DNA from: Octopus vulgaris
Taxonomy: Eukaryota
Length of the DNA: 64,000 nt
Assembly: GCA_951406725.2 (NCBI GenBank)
Contig: OX597824.1
Location: forward strand, 53,816,001-53,880,000
Direction of reading: 5' to 3'
Below, one piece after another: positions 51,646 to 64,000 of this stretch. Numbering within the stretch: the stretch's first letter is position 1; each line of letters begins with the position of its first letter. The notes beneath the pieces were generated by a model that searched no databases, was not told the origin of the DNA, and saw nothing but the letters and a program-made list of their open reading frames with translations. The translations under genes were made by a program, and so were the position numbers.

Positions 51646-52719
51646 CTTATTATAAACAAATTTGTTAATTATATTTGTTGCTGTTTAGATTTAGATTTTC
51701 CTTCTGCTTGTGGAACTTTGCAAAATGGTAGAAATGTGTCTAAGTGCACATATATACATATGTATATAGTACATATATAAAGGTCTGTGAGTATATGTGT
51801 GTGCATGTATATATGTTTCTGTTTATGTGCTTGCATGTGTATGTATGTATACAAATCAATAAATGTAAATTTATTACTCTTAAACAAGAATATTGTTGAC
51901 AGTGACTTCAAAATTTCAGCCAGGTAAGCCATCATCAAACTATATATATATATAATTCCATTGTACTTATGAAACTTAGTAAAATGGTGTGTGTGTGTGT
52001 GTGAATATTTGTGTGCAGGTATATATGTAGTGGTTAAAAGTGTATCAGTATGTTACGGTGAACAGATGCGATAGGAATATGGATGCCTTTCAAGTAAACA
52101 AATGAATAACATGGATTCATAGTTAAAATAATTTATTCACTGGACTTAATTTATTATTGGTACACATAATTCTTCACTACATGCAAATGTTGACAACTGC
52201 TATGAGTTGCTAGAAATAGAAACAGGGCACATCTGTAGAGGTGATATGTCAGAACTGAATATGTTTTTGTGTGTGTGCGTAGTTCATCTGAGAAAGAAGT
52301 CTACTGTGGAATTTCTCTCATTCTCTGCATGTCTGCCAACTAACTTCTTGTCTGTGTCATAGACCTTTCCTGTCTGTCTCTCTGTTGACCATGGTATTTA
52401 TAACCGTTGTGGCAGCCTAAATAAGTCAGCTCCTGTCCACTTGACCATCGTAGGTCAAAGGGAGATGATTTATCATTTTTTTGACAGGACAAAGAAAACA
52501 TTTTTACGTGCCTGTTGATCGTGGTGGTTTGAATGACCCAGAATCCTCAGATTTAGTTTCGAATCTAAGCTTGGAGAAGAAAGTGTTAGTTTATATATAT
52601 ATATATATATGTGTTTTGGGGGGGGGGGGGTTAGAGGAAAATGGCACTTTTTAGCGAATTTCTCCAGAATTGATAATGCAATACCAGATAATTATTGATT
52701 AACATTTCTTTTGCAGGTG

Positions 52720-54070
52720 ATCATCATCATCATCATTGTTTAACGTCCGCTTTCTATGCTAGCGTGGGTTGGACGATTTGACTGAGGCCTGGCGAACCAG
52801 ATGGCTGTGCCAAGCTCCAATCTGATCTGGCAGAGTTTCTACAGCTGGATACCCTTCTTAACGCCAACCACTCTGAGAGTGTAGTGGGTGCTTTTACGTT
52901 ACACTGGCATGAGGGCCAGTCAGGCAGTACTGGCAACAGACACGCTCAAATGGTGCTTTTTATGTGCCACCTGCACAGGAGTCAATCCAGAGGCATTGGC
53001 AACAACCTCGCTCAAATGTTTTTTCATGTGCCACCAGCACAAGTGCCAGTAAGGCAACGCTGGTAACGATCACGCTATAATGGTGCTTTTTACGTGCCAC
53101 CGGCATGGAAGCTAGTTTGTTGCTCTGGCAACGATCACACTTGGATGATACTCTTAGCGCTCCACTAGCACAGATGCCAGTCATCGATTTCGATTTCACT
53201 TACCTCAACAGGTCTTTGCAAGCAGAGTTTAGTGTCCAATGAAGGAAAGGTATGCATAAGTGGGCTGGTTACACCCCTGGCATAGGCCACGAGGTTATGG
53301 TCTCACTAGGCTTGCCGAGTCTTCTCAAGCACAGCATATTTCGAAATGTCCCAGTCACTAGTCATTGCCTCGGTGAGGCCCAATGTTCAAAGGTCATGCT
53401 TCACCACCTCATCCCAGGTCTTCCTGGGTCTACCTCTTCCAGAGGTTCCCTCAACCGCTAGGGTGTGACACTTTTTCACACAGCTATCCACATCCATTCT
53501 TGCCACATGACCATACCAGTGCAGTCATCTCTCTTGCACACCACATCTAATGCTTCTTAGGTCTAACTTTTCTTTTGAGGCACTAACACTCTGTCGAGTA
53601 TGCACACTGACATTATACATCCAGCGGAGCATACTGGCTTCATTCCTTATGCATGTCCTCAGCAGTCACAGCCATAGTTTCACTGCCATGTAGCATGGCT
53701 GTTCGTACACATGCATCATACAGTCTACCTTTTACTCTGAGCGAGAGGCCTTTTGGCACCAGTAGAGGTAAGAGCTCTCTGAACCTTGCTCAGGCTATTC
53801 TTATTCTAGCAGCTACACTTTCAGTGCACCCTCCCCTGCTACTGACTTGGTCACCTAGGTAGTGGAAGCTATCAACTACTTCTAGTTTTTCTCCCTGGAA
53901 TGTGGCAGAAATTGTTCTCTGCACATTTTCAGTGTTTATTACTCTAGAGCATTTGCCACATACAAAAACTATCTACCCAGTTAGCCTTCCTTTGATATTG
54001 CTGCACCTCTTATGTGTCCATAGCTTAGACTGGGTACATCTTATAGAGTTTCTACCTACGCCTTTTCTAC
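52720..54070 (-). mobile_element. 5'-truncated RTE LINE
   Basis: Reverse-complement homolog of 33636-34985; (CAT)n tail at 52720. Confidence 0.92.
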
Positions 54071-54099
54071 ATACATACATCTACATAACAGCCCACTAA

Positions 54100-54960
54100 C
54101 TATTCTACTCTACCTGTGTAAACTGTGGGTATGGAGGTATGATATCTACTATGTATATTTCCTATTTAGTATTGGGAAAGTTTCATTTATAAGGACGTAT
54201 TCCTGTATTTGCCTGAGTGTTGAGTCTTTTGGGTGCTTGGATAAGAACGGATGTCAAGTTGACCCAAGTTGCTCCATGGTGGTCTTTGGCATGTTGGTAG
54301 AGTATGGAGGACTGTTTTTTGTAGTCATATTGTCTCAGATGTTCATTTAGTTGTTCCGCAATGCTCCTAGATGTCTCCCCTATGTACGTCATGTTCATGT
54401 TTTTACAAGCACCTTCTATGCATCTTATACTGTAAACTACATTTCGAGTTCTACAGTTAATGCCAGGGCTAATCCTGCATACCATGCAGTTATCATTGGT
54501 GCATATGGTATTCTCAAAGGGATACATCCTACATAGTTGTGATTTGACAGAGTTCCCTGGCTTTTCAACAATCTTAATGTTGAGTTTGGTCTCCTTCAGA
54601 GCCTTTCTAAATCTTCGGGGTAGTTCTCCATGGACTGTGGCCTCTACAAACATCACACCTTGATATTTGTTGGTTTTATACCATGTGTTCACCCTGTTTG
54701 CTTTGTCACAAGTTCTTTGTATCCTATTCCATTCTTTGTTTCTATATCTAGGGCAGGTACCACTGGTATTATTACACATAATGTTGTCTAATTTCTTTCT
54801 AGCACCCCTGTATACTTGAACCCTATCTTTCTAATCCTACCCAGAGAACTACATGTGGTGCATGAAGTTCTGTATATGTTTTTTTATTTCATAGGGTTCA
54901 CATTGTTCATTATTCTAACTAAGTCTGCTATTAGTATGTTAATTTTCATGTTGTGTGACA
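54100..54960 (-). mobile_element. Penelope-like element fragment (GIY-YIG endonuclease)
   Basis: ORF 54183..54779: CTNDNCMVC...CRTRNVVYSIRC...C...YIGETSRSIAEQLNEH...SILYQHAKDHH. Confidence 0.88.
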
Positions 54961-55473
54961 AATTATTATTAGTACATTTGTTTATTTAGTTTGAGAAAGA
55001 AAAGTAGTGCTCATAGATAATATAAAGACTAACAGACTTGGAAGTTTCAGTTAGTTCAATTAATGTACAGTCTGCAGTTCAATAATTAGGATTTCAAAAG
55101 GATGTACTTTTTGGGAGATATAATTAACAACACAAATTGTATATTATGGGGAACAAAGTAGTACAAGAGAAGGAAGTGATAAGAGGAGAAGTTCACAGGC
55201 AGCAAGTTCAGACATTAATGTAGCAACAAAAGAAATATTTCATATTTACTGGTGTGTTGTTTGTATCTACTGGTGTACAAGTTGATGTAAAATGTTGGTA
55301 AAAAAGATTCATTAGTCAGGTGGGCAGATGAACTCTACTTTAGTACTAGTAGGGAGTATATTTGAACTTTGATTAGATAATGCTATTCTTCAAAGTTGAA
55401 GAACTTCTTAAACCTGAAGAGGAAACTAGCATTTGTAGGAAGTATGTGAAATTAAACAGAAATGGTAGGCTCA

Positions 55474-55761
<288 letters not shown>

Positions 55762-56329
55762 TTATTCAAAAATAATTTTAAAAGATAAAAACATAAATAA
55801 AAGATAGAGACACTTTAAATATTTCTAATAATTTTTCAGTGAGTAGCAGCAAAAATATATATTAACCTTTCAATAAATTGTAGCACAAAATTACCAAAAC
55901 AAGTTATAGAAAAATTGAAGCAGATTGTGAATAAAAACCACTCAGTAAGTTGTGACTAAAGCTTTTTCAGTACGTCATGATACAGAAGCTTTTACAGTAG
56001 GTTATGATATAGAAGCTTTTTCAATAATTTGTAATCCAATTGTGATAGCACAAAAACCTTTCAGTAAGTCAAAACAGAAATAATTTAATTAGAAAAATAC
56101 TAACCCTGCCATCTGCTCAGTTGGAGTGTTAAAAAGATAAAAAGAGATGCTGTGGAACAACTGTGGAGATGGCATGGTAATTAAAATGACTTCAATTATC
56201 AATCATAGAATGATGACAAAAACTGAACTTGCCAGGATTTGAGTTCCTAACAAAAGGAGATTGTACTAACTACTACAAAACATTAAGTTGAAGATTCTAT
56301 TGATTCTGTAATAAAAACAAGAACATTAC

Positions 56330-56398
56330 CTCACAAGCAGCAGCTGTCACATCAGAAGGTGTTTCAGGAGAGAAGGCTGGACGTAAAGCAGCACCAAC
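56330..56398 (-). CDS. HEATR5B: HEATR5 exon (most 5' exon found in the window; not in the ORF track)
   Basis: TAG/GTAAT, 69 nt, phase 0 to 0; VGAALRPAFSPETPSDVTAAACE. Confidence 0.95.
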
Positions 56399-57479
56399 CT
56401 ATAACAACAGCAACACAGTGATAGTACATAAACAATATTAAAGTATCATATCAATTACATACAAACACATAATGAGCAAACAATAGTCCTTGTATTGTTG
56501 TTCAATCAACTAGAAATAGCAACCATGTCTCCCTAAAATTACAGCCTTATGCTAAAAAAACCCAGAAGGTATGTGGTGGATGATGCAGTCTTGATGGCAC
56601 TGTGCTTTGATACCCTGCCCCCCTCCCTGAAATGTGCTTTATCTTAGCACTAATTTGGAGTTAAAGGTTAAAAAAAAAAATGAACATATCACACACACAC
56701 ACACCTTTATATAAAGTTTATGCATGTTAAAGATTCTAATCCAAATAAAGGCATCATAAAAGTCACCTTATATGGAGATGAACTATGAAGGTCAATATGA
56801 AAATATGAAGCCAGTGGTTCCACCATAATTATAGATATCATAATTGTGATGTCAAATCACAAGCTTCTTTACTAGATCAAAAACAATTTCAAATGTCAGA
56901 ACATGAAATTTGATAGCAATCACCATCAATATTGTTAACAACCTTTTTTCATGCTAGCATAGGTGTGACAGTTTGACAGGAATTGACAACCCGAGTGGCT
57001 AGGACAGTTTGCAAAAATGTGAAAGGAGTGTAACAGATGGTTAGAGATGTAGATCAAGATGGCTGCTGAGATGGAACACAGTGGTGGAGGCATGATCAAT
57101 GGTGAATATCAGTTTTAGAGAGAAAGTGAAGGAAACAGGAGTGGGTTAGAGAGACAATTTACAACACCTGAGTGAATAGTGCCATAGTTATTAGAAGATG
57201 AATTGTTGGGGAAGGCTTGACAGGACCTCATTTTTACTGAGATTGATGGGTCTTCTTGAGCACAGTAAATCACTAGTCATCTCTGTGAAAATCAACATCT
57301 TGAGCTTGGTCTTCACTACTTCATCTCATATCTTCATCCACATCTAGTAGCTGTCTTCATCTTTCCACATCACATGACTGTACTTGTGTAGTTTTCACTC
57401 TTGTACACTACATCTGAGGAGTGGATTCCACCCATCACAACTTTTTTGGTTGTTCCAGATTAGCACTTTGCTATGGATT

Positions 57480-58030
57480 CCAATATTAGACAATTTTAAC
57501 AGTAGGATGTTGTCATTGACTCCTGTTGAAGGCTTTGTTGAAGTCAAAATATATAACATCAGCTCTCTCCCAAAACTTTAAGGATACCAAAATGATGTAA
57601 AAACTGTTGTCTTAGACAGTCACTGCCACAACAAAAGTCATACTATTTGTGATTTAGGAGATTGTTACTTTCCAGGAAATCAGTCATTCTGGACCACATC
57701 ATCCTTTCACAAATTTTAATATGGAAAGGTGAGTGAGAGTGGGTGATAGTTAACTGCAAGAAACTTATTCTTCTTTTGAAGACTGGGATAACAGACTTGA
57801 ATAAGAAACATTTGGGTATATAGCCTGAGTCTAAAGGTTTTCTTTAGAGGGAGGTGCAAGTTGATCTCTACATTCCTTCAGGATACTAGTAGGGGATTCA
57901 TCAGGATCAACTGCAAAATAATATTTTGATTTCATTTATTGCTGCTAAAATGTTTGAGGTAGTGAAAGTTATGTCAGAGATATGTTGGAAGTTGAGTTTG
58001 TGAAGATATCAACATCAGTAGGATAAAGCA
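57480..58030 (-). mobile_element. Degenerate CR1/L2-like LINE RT fragment
   Basis: Minus strand gives DVIYFDFNKAFN and a preceding P(I/V)SL-like region. Confidence 0.6.
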
Positions 58031-59524
58031 ACATTGTTTCTGCAGAACTTTTGCCATTTCTTTAGTATCATAATGGAGAACGCAGATCAATGGGTGAGAC
58101 AGTGGCCCTATACTTGTAAGCAAAAGAACAGAGCACTTTTGGATTGTATTTTAAATATATATGATGCATATACATAATATATATATATATATATATATGA
58201 TGTACTAGCTTAAAAGCTGTCCGATAGGGCTCTTCATTAGGCCTTGGGCCCAACAATGACACTTCACGCATTGAGTACATATCAAATTTTATTAAACTTG
58301 ACTAATACTTTTCAAGCAATGAACAATTTTCATCAAAACAACGTTCTTATTGCAAAGGTGCATGATAAACAACAGTACCACCACAATTGCCACCATATCT
58401 GCCATACATGCACCATGAAAACTTTTGATACCACCACCCTCAATACCTTTGACTTCACCACATTCTCCTCCATCACCACTGTCTTTCACATCACTTACTC
58501 TCACTTCATCCTTCACCCCCTCGGCTACCACCACCACCGCCTCTATCACAACTACAGCTCATACTATTACCATCACTCCATTACCATCACAAAAAAGGCT
58601 AAATGTGTGTGTTTGCTCAGTATGTTACTTCAGCCAGTTAGTGGTCAGTCCCTCTTTCTCTCTCTCTCTTATTATTATTCCCACTCCACTATCAACACTA
58701 CTACTTTTAATAAAAACATCATCAACTCTCCCTAAATTTCTTTGTCTCACTTTCTCTCTCTTTTTCTTTCTCTCTATCTTCACCACTGCCCTCACTGTTT
58801 CTATGTCTACACCCCAACATGAGCAATAGTAGGAGTGTCAATGAATAGTGAGAGAGGAGGTTGAAGTGTGACACACTGACACACAGAAATACTTTTCGCA
58901 TTTATTATATTAGATGTACATAATATATATATGGTGTATATACAATATATATGTACATACACACACTGCATTTGCTGGTATGTAATTTTTAAATGTATAG
59001 GAGACTGTCAGACTTGGGAAACAGATGAGCACAGGTCCAATAACTGCTACTAATAATATTGAAAACATGCCAAATCATCACAAAACATTAACATAAACTT
59101 GTGAAAAATTGCTTACAGTATATTGGCAGTTATGAGGAGAGGTCACATCATTTCAATGTAACTCCTCCCTCAGTATACATAAACCACACATTTGTTGTCT
59201 TACATAATTTAATGACAATTTAAAGAACATTTTTTAATTATTCAAAATACTTTTTAATTATCTAAATGAAAAATTTTTGTAGAAAGATGAAAGGAACATT
59301 AAATATTTGTCTGCCTGTCAGCTATCTGCAATGAATGAACAAAAAAACCACTGCTGTGGAGCATCACTGATGGCTGATCACGGTTACACAAGAAAAAAAA
59401 AATCGCAGCCAAAATTACAGGTTTTACATTCTGCATAGCATTTTCTTGAGCAAAATATAAACAGCTATATAGTTGATCTGAAAGAAGTTAAAACTGAAAT
59501 ATGCTACTTCCATAACATTATATA

Positions 59525-60283
59525 TCTATATATATAAAACTGTAGTTGTGTGAGTGTCTGTCCCCTTCGATTTAGATTCCTAACTACTCCCACATTTTGC
59601 AGTGCAGTTTAACCAAATTCGGGTATCTTATAGTCGTGATTCATATCAAGCCCGTCTGAGTATTAGCACGCGTCTATGATGAGTCTATGATTTTAAAAAT
59701 AATTTAACATAATTTTTTATTCCATTTTAATGCATAATTTTTCGTGTGTCGATGGCGGCGGAGTTGGCGTCCACGCTCACACCTGCACCTGTGGGGAAGG
59801 GAGTGTAAGGAAATCAACGTCGTAATGCGTTGTCAAGGAGACCAGCGTTCTTTTAGAACAACGACTTCATGGCTTGAAGACACCAAAACAGAAATGGCTA
59901 AGAAAGCGTCTACATGAGTCTACGATTTAAAAAAAAATTTACCATCGTTTTTTTTCCATTTTAATGCATTTTTTCGCTATTATATAAGGGAAGTGTGTCG
60001 ATGGCGGCGGAGTTGGCGTCCATGGTCACACCTGCACCTGTTTGCTTCTCCCCCTTCTTTCCTCCCTCGTGAAGCTGTAGGGAAGGGAGTGTAAGGAAAT
60101 CAACGTCGTAAAGCGTTGTCAAGGAGACCAGCGTTCTTTTAGAACGACTTCATGGCTTGAAGACACCAAAACAGAAATGGCTAAGAAAGCCCGAATTAGC
60201 ATCTATAAGGGAAGTAACTCTCTAAAAATGCTTATATAGTTATATCCCTTACAAACCCGAGCAACGCCGGGCGATACTGCTAG
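59525..60283 (+). mobile_element. Non-autonomous Helitron with internal ~250 bp tandem duplication
   Basis: A|TCTATATATATAAAA start; cccgagcaacgccggg hairpin plus CTAG|T end; 59670-59905 is repeated at 59907-60190. Confidence 0.88.
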
Positions 60284-60422
60284 TTCATGATAAATATATG
60301 GTTTCAGAGTTTATTCTAGCACACTGTTACAATATTGTATTCACATTCACAGAATCATACATTTTCTCCTACAAAATATACTTTAATACAAGGGTGTGTC
60401 TTATACCCCAGCAAATATGGTA

Positions 60423-61140
60423 TATCATCATAATTGTTTAACGTCCGCTTTCCATGCTAGCATGGGTTGGACGGTTTGACTGGGGTTTGGGAAGCCAGGA
60501 GGCTGCACCAGGCCCAGTCTGATCTGGCAGTGTTTCTACAGCTGGATGCCCTTCCTAACGCCAACCACTCCGTGAGTGTAGTGGGTGCTTTTTACGTGCC
60601 AGGTGAGGCTGGCAACGGCCACGATTGGTTGGTGCTTTTTACGTACCACCGGCATGGAGGCCAGTCAAGGTGGCGCTGGCAACGGCCACGTTCGGATGGT
60701 TCTTTTACGTGCCACCGGCACTGGTATCACAACTGCAATTTCCATTGATTTGATCGATTTTGATTTCACTTGCCTCAACAGGTCTTCGCAAGCAGAGTTT
60801 TGTGTCCCAAGAAGGAAAGGGCCACGTTCACATGGTTCTTTTACGTGCCACCAGCACTGGAATCAAAACCGCAATTTCCATTGATTTTTGATCGATTTCG
60901 ATTTCACTTGCCTCAACAGATCTTCGCAAGCAGAGTTTTGTGTCCCAAGAATGAAAGGTATGCATAAGTGGACTGGCTACATCCCAGGTAGAGGCCACGG
61001 GTTATGGTCTCACTTGTCCTGCCGGGTCTTCTCATGCACAGCATACTTCCAAAAGTCTCGGTCACTAGTCATTGCCTTGGTGAGACCTAATGTTCGAAGG
61101 TTGTGCTTCACCACCTCATCCCAGGTTTTTCTGGGTCTAT
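60423..61140 (-). mobile_element. RTE LINE 3' end
   Basis: 3' UTR and last codons homologous to 9420-10110, with a duplicated UTR block. Confidence 0.88.
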
Positions 61141-61380
61141 GTCTATCTATATATATACATGTGTGTGTGTATATAAATCTCTAATTTTCATACTCATCTA
61201 TAGAGGGAACATCTATGAAACCTCTTTACTTATATCTTCAAATATCTGTTGTAGCCATTAGTTTTGGTAATCTATCTGACATGACTCACATCTCTTTCTC
61301 ACATGGATAAAAATATGAATCTTCTAGCTTCAATTTTTCTGCTATATTATTTCTCAAGTTCTTTGTATTATGGCTTTTAC

Positions 61381-61474
61381 TTCCTGCACTGAAGAGTATG
61401 TTGATATGTAATTTAATGTAATCATGAATTTACATTATTATTATATCTCTGTAGGAAACGATTGTCTGCAAGAA
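61381..61474 (+). ncRNA. Type I hammerhead ribozyme motif (best preserved)
   Basis: ttcctgca-CTGAAGA(61389-61395), long stem II, GAAA(61455-61458)-cgatt-GTC(61464-61466)-tgcaagaa; stem I 7 of 8 paired. Confidence 0.72.
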
Positions 61475-62767
61475 TTAAACTTCTTATATATTTTAACAAC
61501 CTGTCTCCTCCATTTTTAAATAAAGTGATGTGTTTATGACTTCATTCCATAAATTCACCATATTATACAATTGCGGCCAAAATGTTCAGAACGGCATTGT
61601 TTTCGCCAGAAAAGTAGGTATAAGTTTTTATCAAAGTTGTTTTATATTCTATAATTTTCACACACAATAAATACAATATTAATTGTTATTGTCTGAGATT
61701 TTGGTGTAATTTGAGAGGATAATACAAAAGTTATGGATGATTTAGTGATTTACTGCAAAACCCATGGCGGTGTTTTTTCTAATATTTCATGTGTAAGCAT
61801 CTATATATATATATAGTGACATTGAAGAACACATCTTTCGATTTACTATCTAATATAGTAGAACATTTAGAATACTTCTGTATATGTATATATATATGTG
61901 TGTGTGTATATATATACTGCCTGTTATATACATTATATTATTTTTATAATTTACTTCATCTGTACTTTTTAACTGTCACTTTAATTTTAACTTCCCTATG
62001 ATATACAATTTTCAAGATGGTGTAATTTAGTTGTTCATTTTGAACTGATAAAAAGGTTTTTTTCAAATATTTCACCTATAAGTGTGTATATATGTATATA
62101 GTGGTATAAATACCAACACAACTTTTTTTCCCCCTTCCTCCCTTATTTTTCTTTATCTTTTTCCTTTTTTTTTTGTCTCTCTCCCCTTCTCCAAACACAC
62201 AGACACCGCACATGCACACACACACACACACACACACAAACAAACACAGACACCTCCACAAAACAATCATACAAAGTGACAAGAATTCTTAAAAACCCAA
62301 AAAGACATCTGACCATCCCAACAATGTTAAAAGGAAATATAATTTATGGCTTACCTCCCTACCATCACACACTCAATGACACTGTGAATGGTCAAAACTG
62401 AAACCCCTTGAAGTCAATATCCTGTCCAGCAGACCAAAAAACTTCTTTCCTTCTTCTTCCCTCTCCCTTCCCCTCTTTCTCTTTAGCATCACCTCAGATA
62501 CAAACACACACACACATGCTCTCCCTCTTACTTTCTCCTCATCCACCTCACCCTCTTGTACTGTCTTACATTCCTCCCCACTACAACCAGAAACTATAAA
62601 ATGATTAAAATCCCCAGCAAAGGAACTTATTTTCATTTGAAAATCCCACTAGAATGGGAGAAAGTGATATGAACTAAGTGATATGATATATATGTAAAAA
62701 ATGTAATATATAAATAAATATCTGTAAATACAAACCATCCCATCTTCTGATTACCTCATTTATTCTA

Positions 62768-62798
<31 letters not shown>

Positions 62799-63490
62799 AA
62801 AATAATAATAAATCTCTGAAGGAGATATATATATATATACATACATATTACATATGTGTAAAAAAAATCTCATCACACAATCGAACCAATGAAAGAGCCT
62901 CTATCTGGTCACTTGACATGCCAAAAATAGCAGCCAAAGTATTCCCCTACCTAAATCACATGCCCATTGTATGTAATATCCTAGATTATCCTTAAAAAGA
63001 TGGTTTGCTGAAAGCTGGAATGTCTTTGATGACAGGTTTGCAGTATCAAAGCTGATTTGAGGCTAAATAACAACATTATGGTAAATTTCTATATTAACAC
63101 CTGCACGATTTTCACTAAATGATGTTTTGCTTGGAATCAAGTACCCTGACCTCCTAACATGCTGCAAATCCCTTATTTTGGTTCAGAAAAAAATGAGCAC
63201 CCCACCCCATCCTGGAACCATTGGAAATTTTTTTCATTGAATGAATTCCAGTGACCTCCTAATATTGCAAAATTAGGTTACTTAAGGTGAGCCATGGTGC
63301 AACCAACAACATCCCTGCTTTTAATTTGGTGTGGATGGGTAATATCAATTCAATCACAACATATATTTAAATTAAACATGAAAAAAATTGAAATATTATC
63401 TTTCAGTATTTTATAAGGTAAAATCTTAAATTATTAATTGACACATTATTAATTATCTTATAACAGCAGTGCCTGGAAAATTATGGATTA

Positions 63491-64000
63491 CATGGAAAGA
63501 TGCGAGCATGAAAAGTAATATTCTTAAGATTATAAACCTGGAAAAGTACAGGACAAGTTATTACACCTGTAAAAGTATAGGACAAGCTATTACTTCTAGT
63601 AAAGTAAAGAATAAGAAACTTTTTACCTAAAATATTGCAGCTAAAATTAAAATTTGAATATTAGAACTTATTCTATTATAGTTTACAAATAACACTATAC
63701 TTCATTTAAGTAGAATTTGGCTAATTTACTACCTTAAATACAGAAAAAAGTGACTAATTAGACAAACTTATAAATTAGCTGAAAAGTTTTGTACAATAAA
63801 TTTAAAAGATAAGAACTGTAAAAAGTGATAAATTAGAAGTGGCATTCTTTGCTGCAATATTTTAAGTAAAAAGTTTCTTATTCTTTACTTTGCTAGAAGT
63901 AACAGCTTGTCCTAAACTTTTACAGGTGTAATAACTTGTCTTGTACTTTTCTAGGTTTATAATCCTAAGAATATTATTTCCATGCTCGCATTTTTCCATG
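63491..64000. mobile_element. MITE-like foldback (at least 150 bp inverted arms), cut by the window end
   Basis: 63491-63641 is the reverse complement of 63851-64000 with scattered mismatches. Confidence 0.75.

Noticed and set aside
52051-52590. Solo LTR (TGTTACG start, TATA-like and poly(A)-like motifs on the minus strand)
   Set aside because: No matching CA terminus or target-site duplication could be identified.
58244-58829. His/Thr-rich ORFs of 134-163 aa
   Set aside because: Low-complexity (CAC/CAT)-rich DNA open in several frames, with no splice or homology support.
56401-64000. Further upstream HEATR5 exons
   Set aside because: I found no segment encoding the expected preceding motif (PEFPGHVILEQYQA-like); it is presumably outside the window.

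Overview
AT-rich eukaryotic genomic DNA with spliceosomal introns. The repeat content (tRNA-head SINEs, RTE LINEs with a Cys-rich insert, (CAT)n tails) points to a coleoid cephalopod, most likely Octopus; this is an inference. The only host gene I can support is the 3' half of a HEATR5A/B-family gene on the minus strand. It has 11 phase-consistent GT-AG exons from 56398 to the stop at 31880, and its 5' exons lie beyond the window. The rest is degenerate mobile DNA: RTE, BovB-like, CR1 and RLE-type (HERO-like) LINEs, Penelope-like elements, Tc1/mariner, hAT, Helitrons, SINEs and MITE-like foldbacks, plus one 100-N gap. Two signals are not explained by the ORF track. First, there are five sequence-divergent type I hammerhead-ribozyme motifs (CUGANGA core, long stem II, GAAA, short near-palindromic stem III, GUC/GUA site) of the kind carried by Penelope-like elements. 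Second, there are many local inverted duplications and near-perfect hairpins, several inside HEATR5 introns, that could form dsRNA for ADAR editing, small-RNA production or back-splicing. All coordinates and identities were read by eye; repeat boundaries are approximate.
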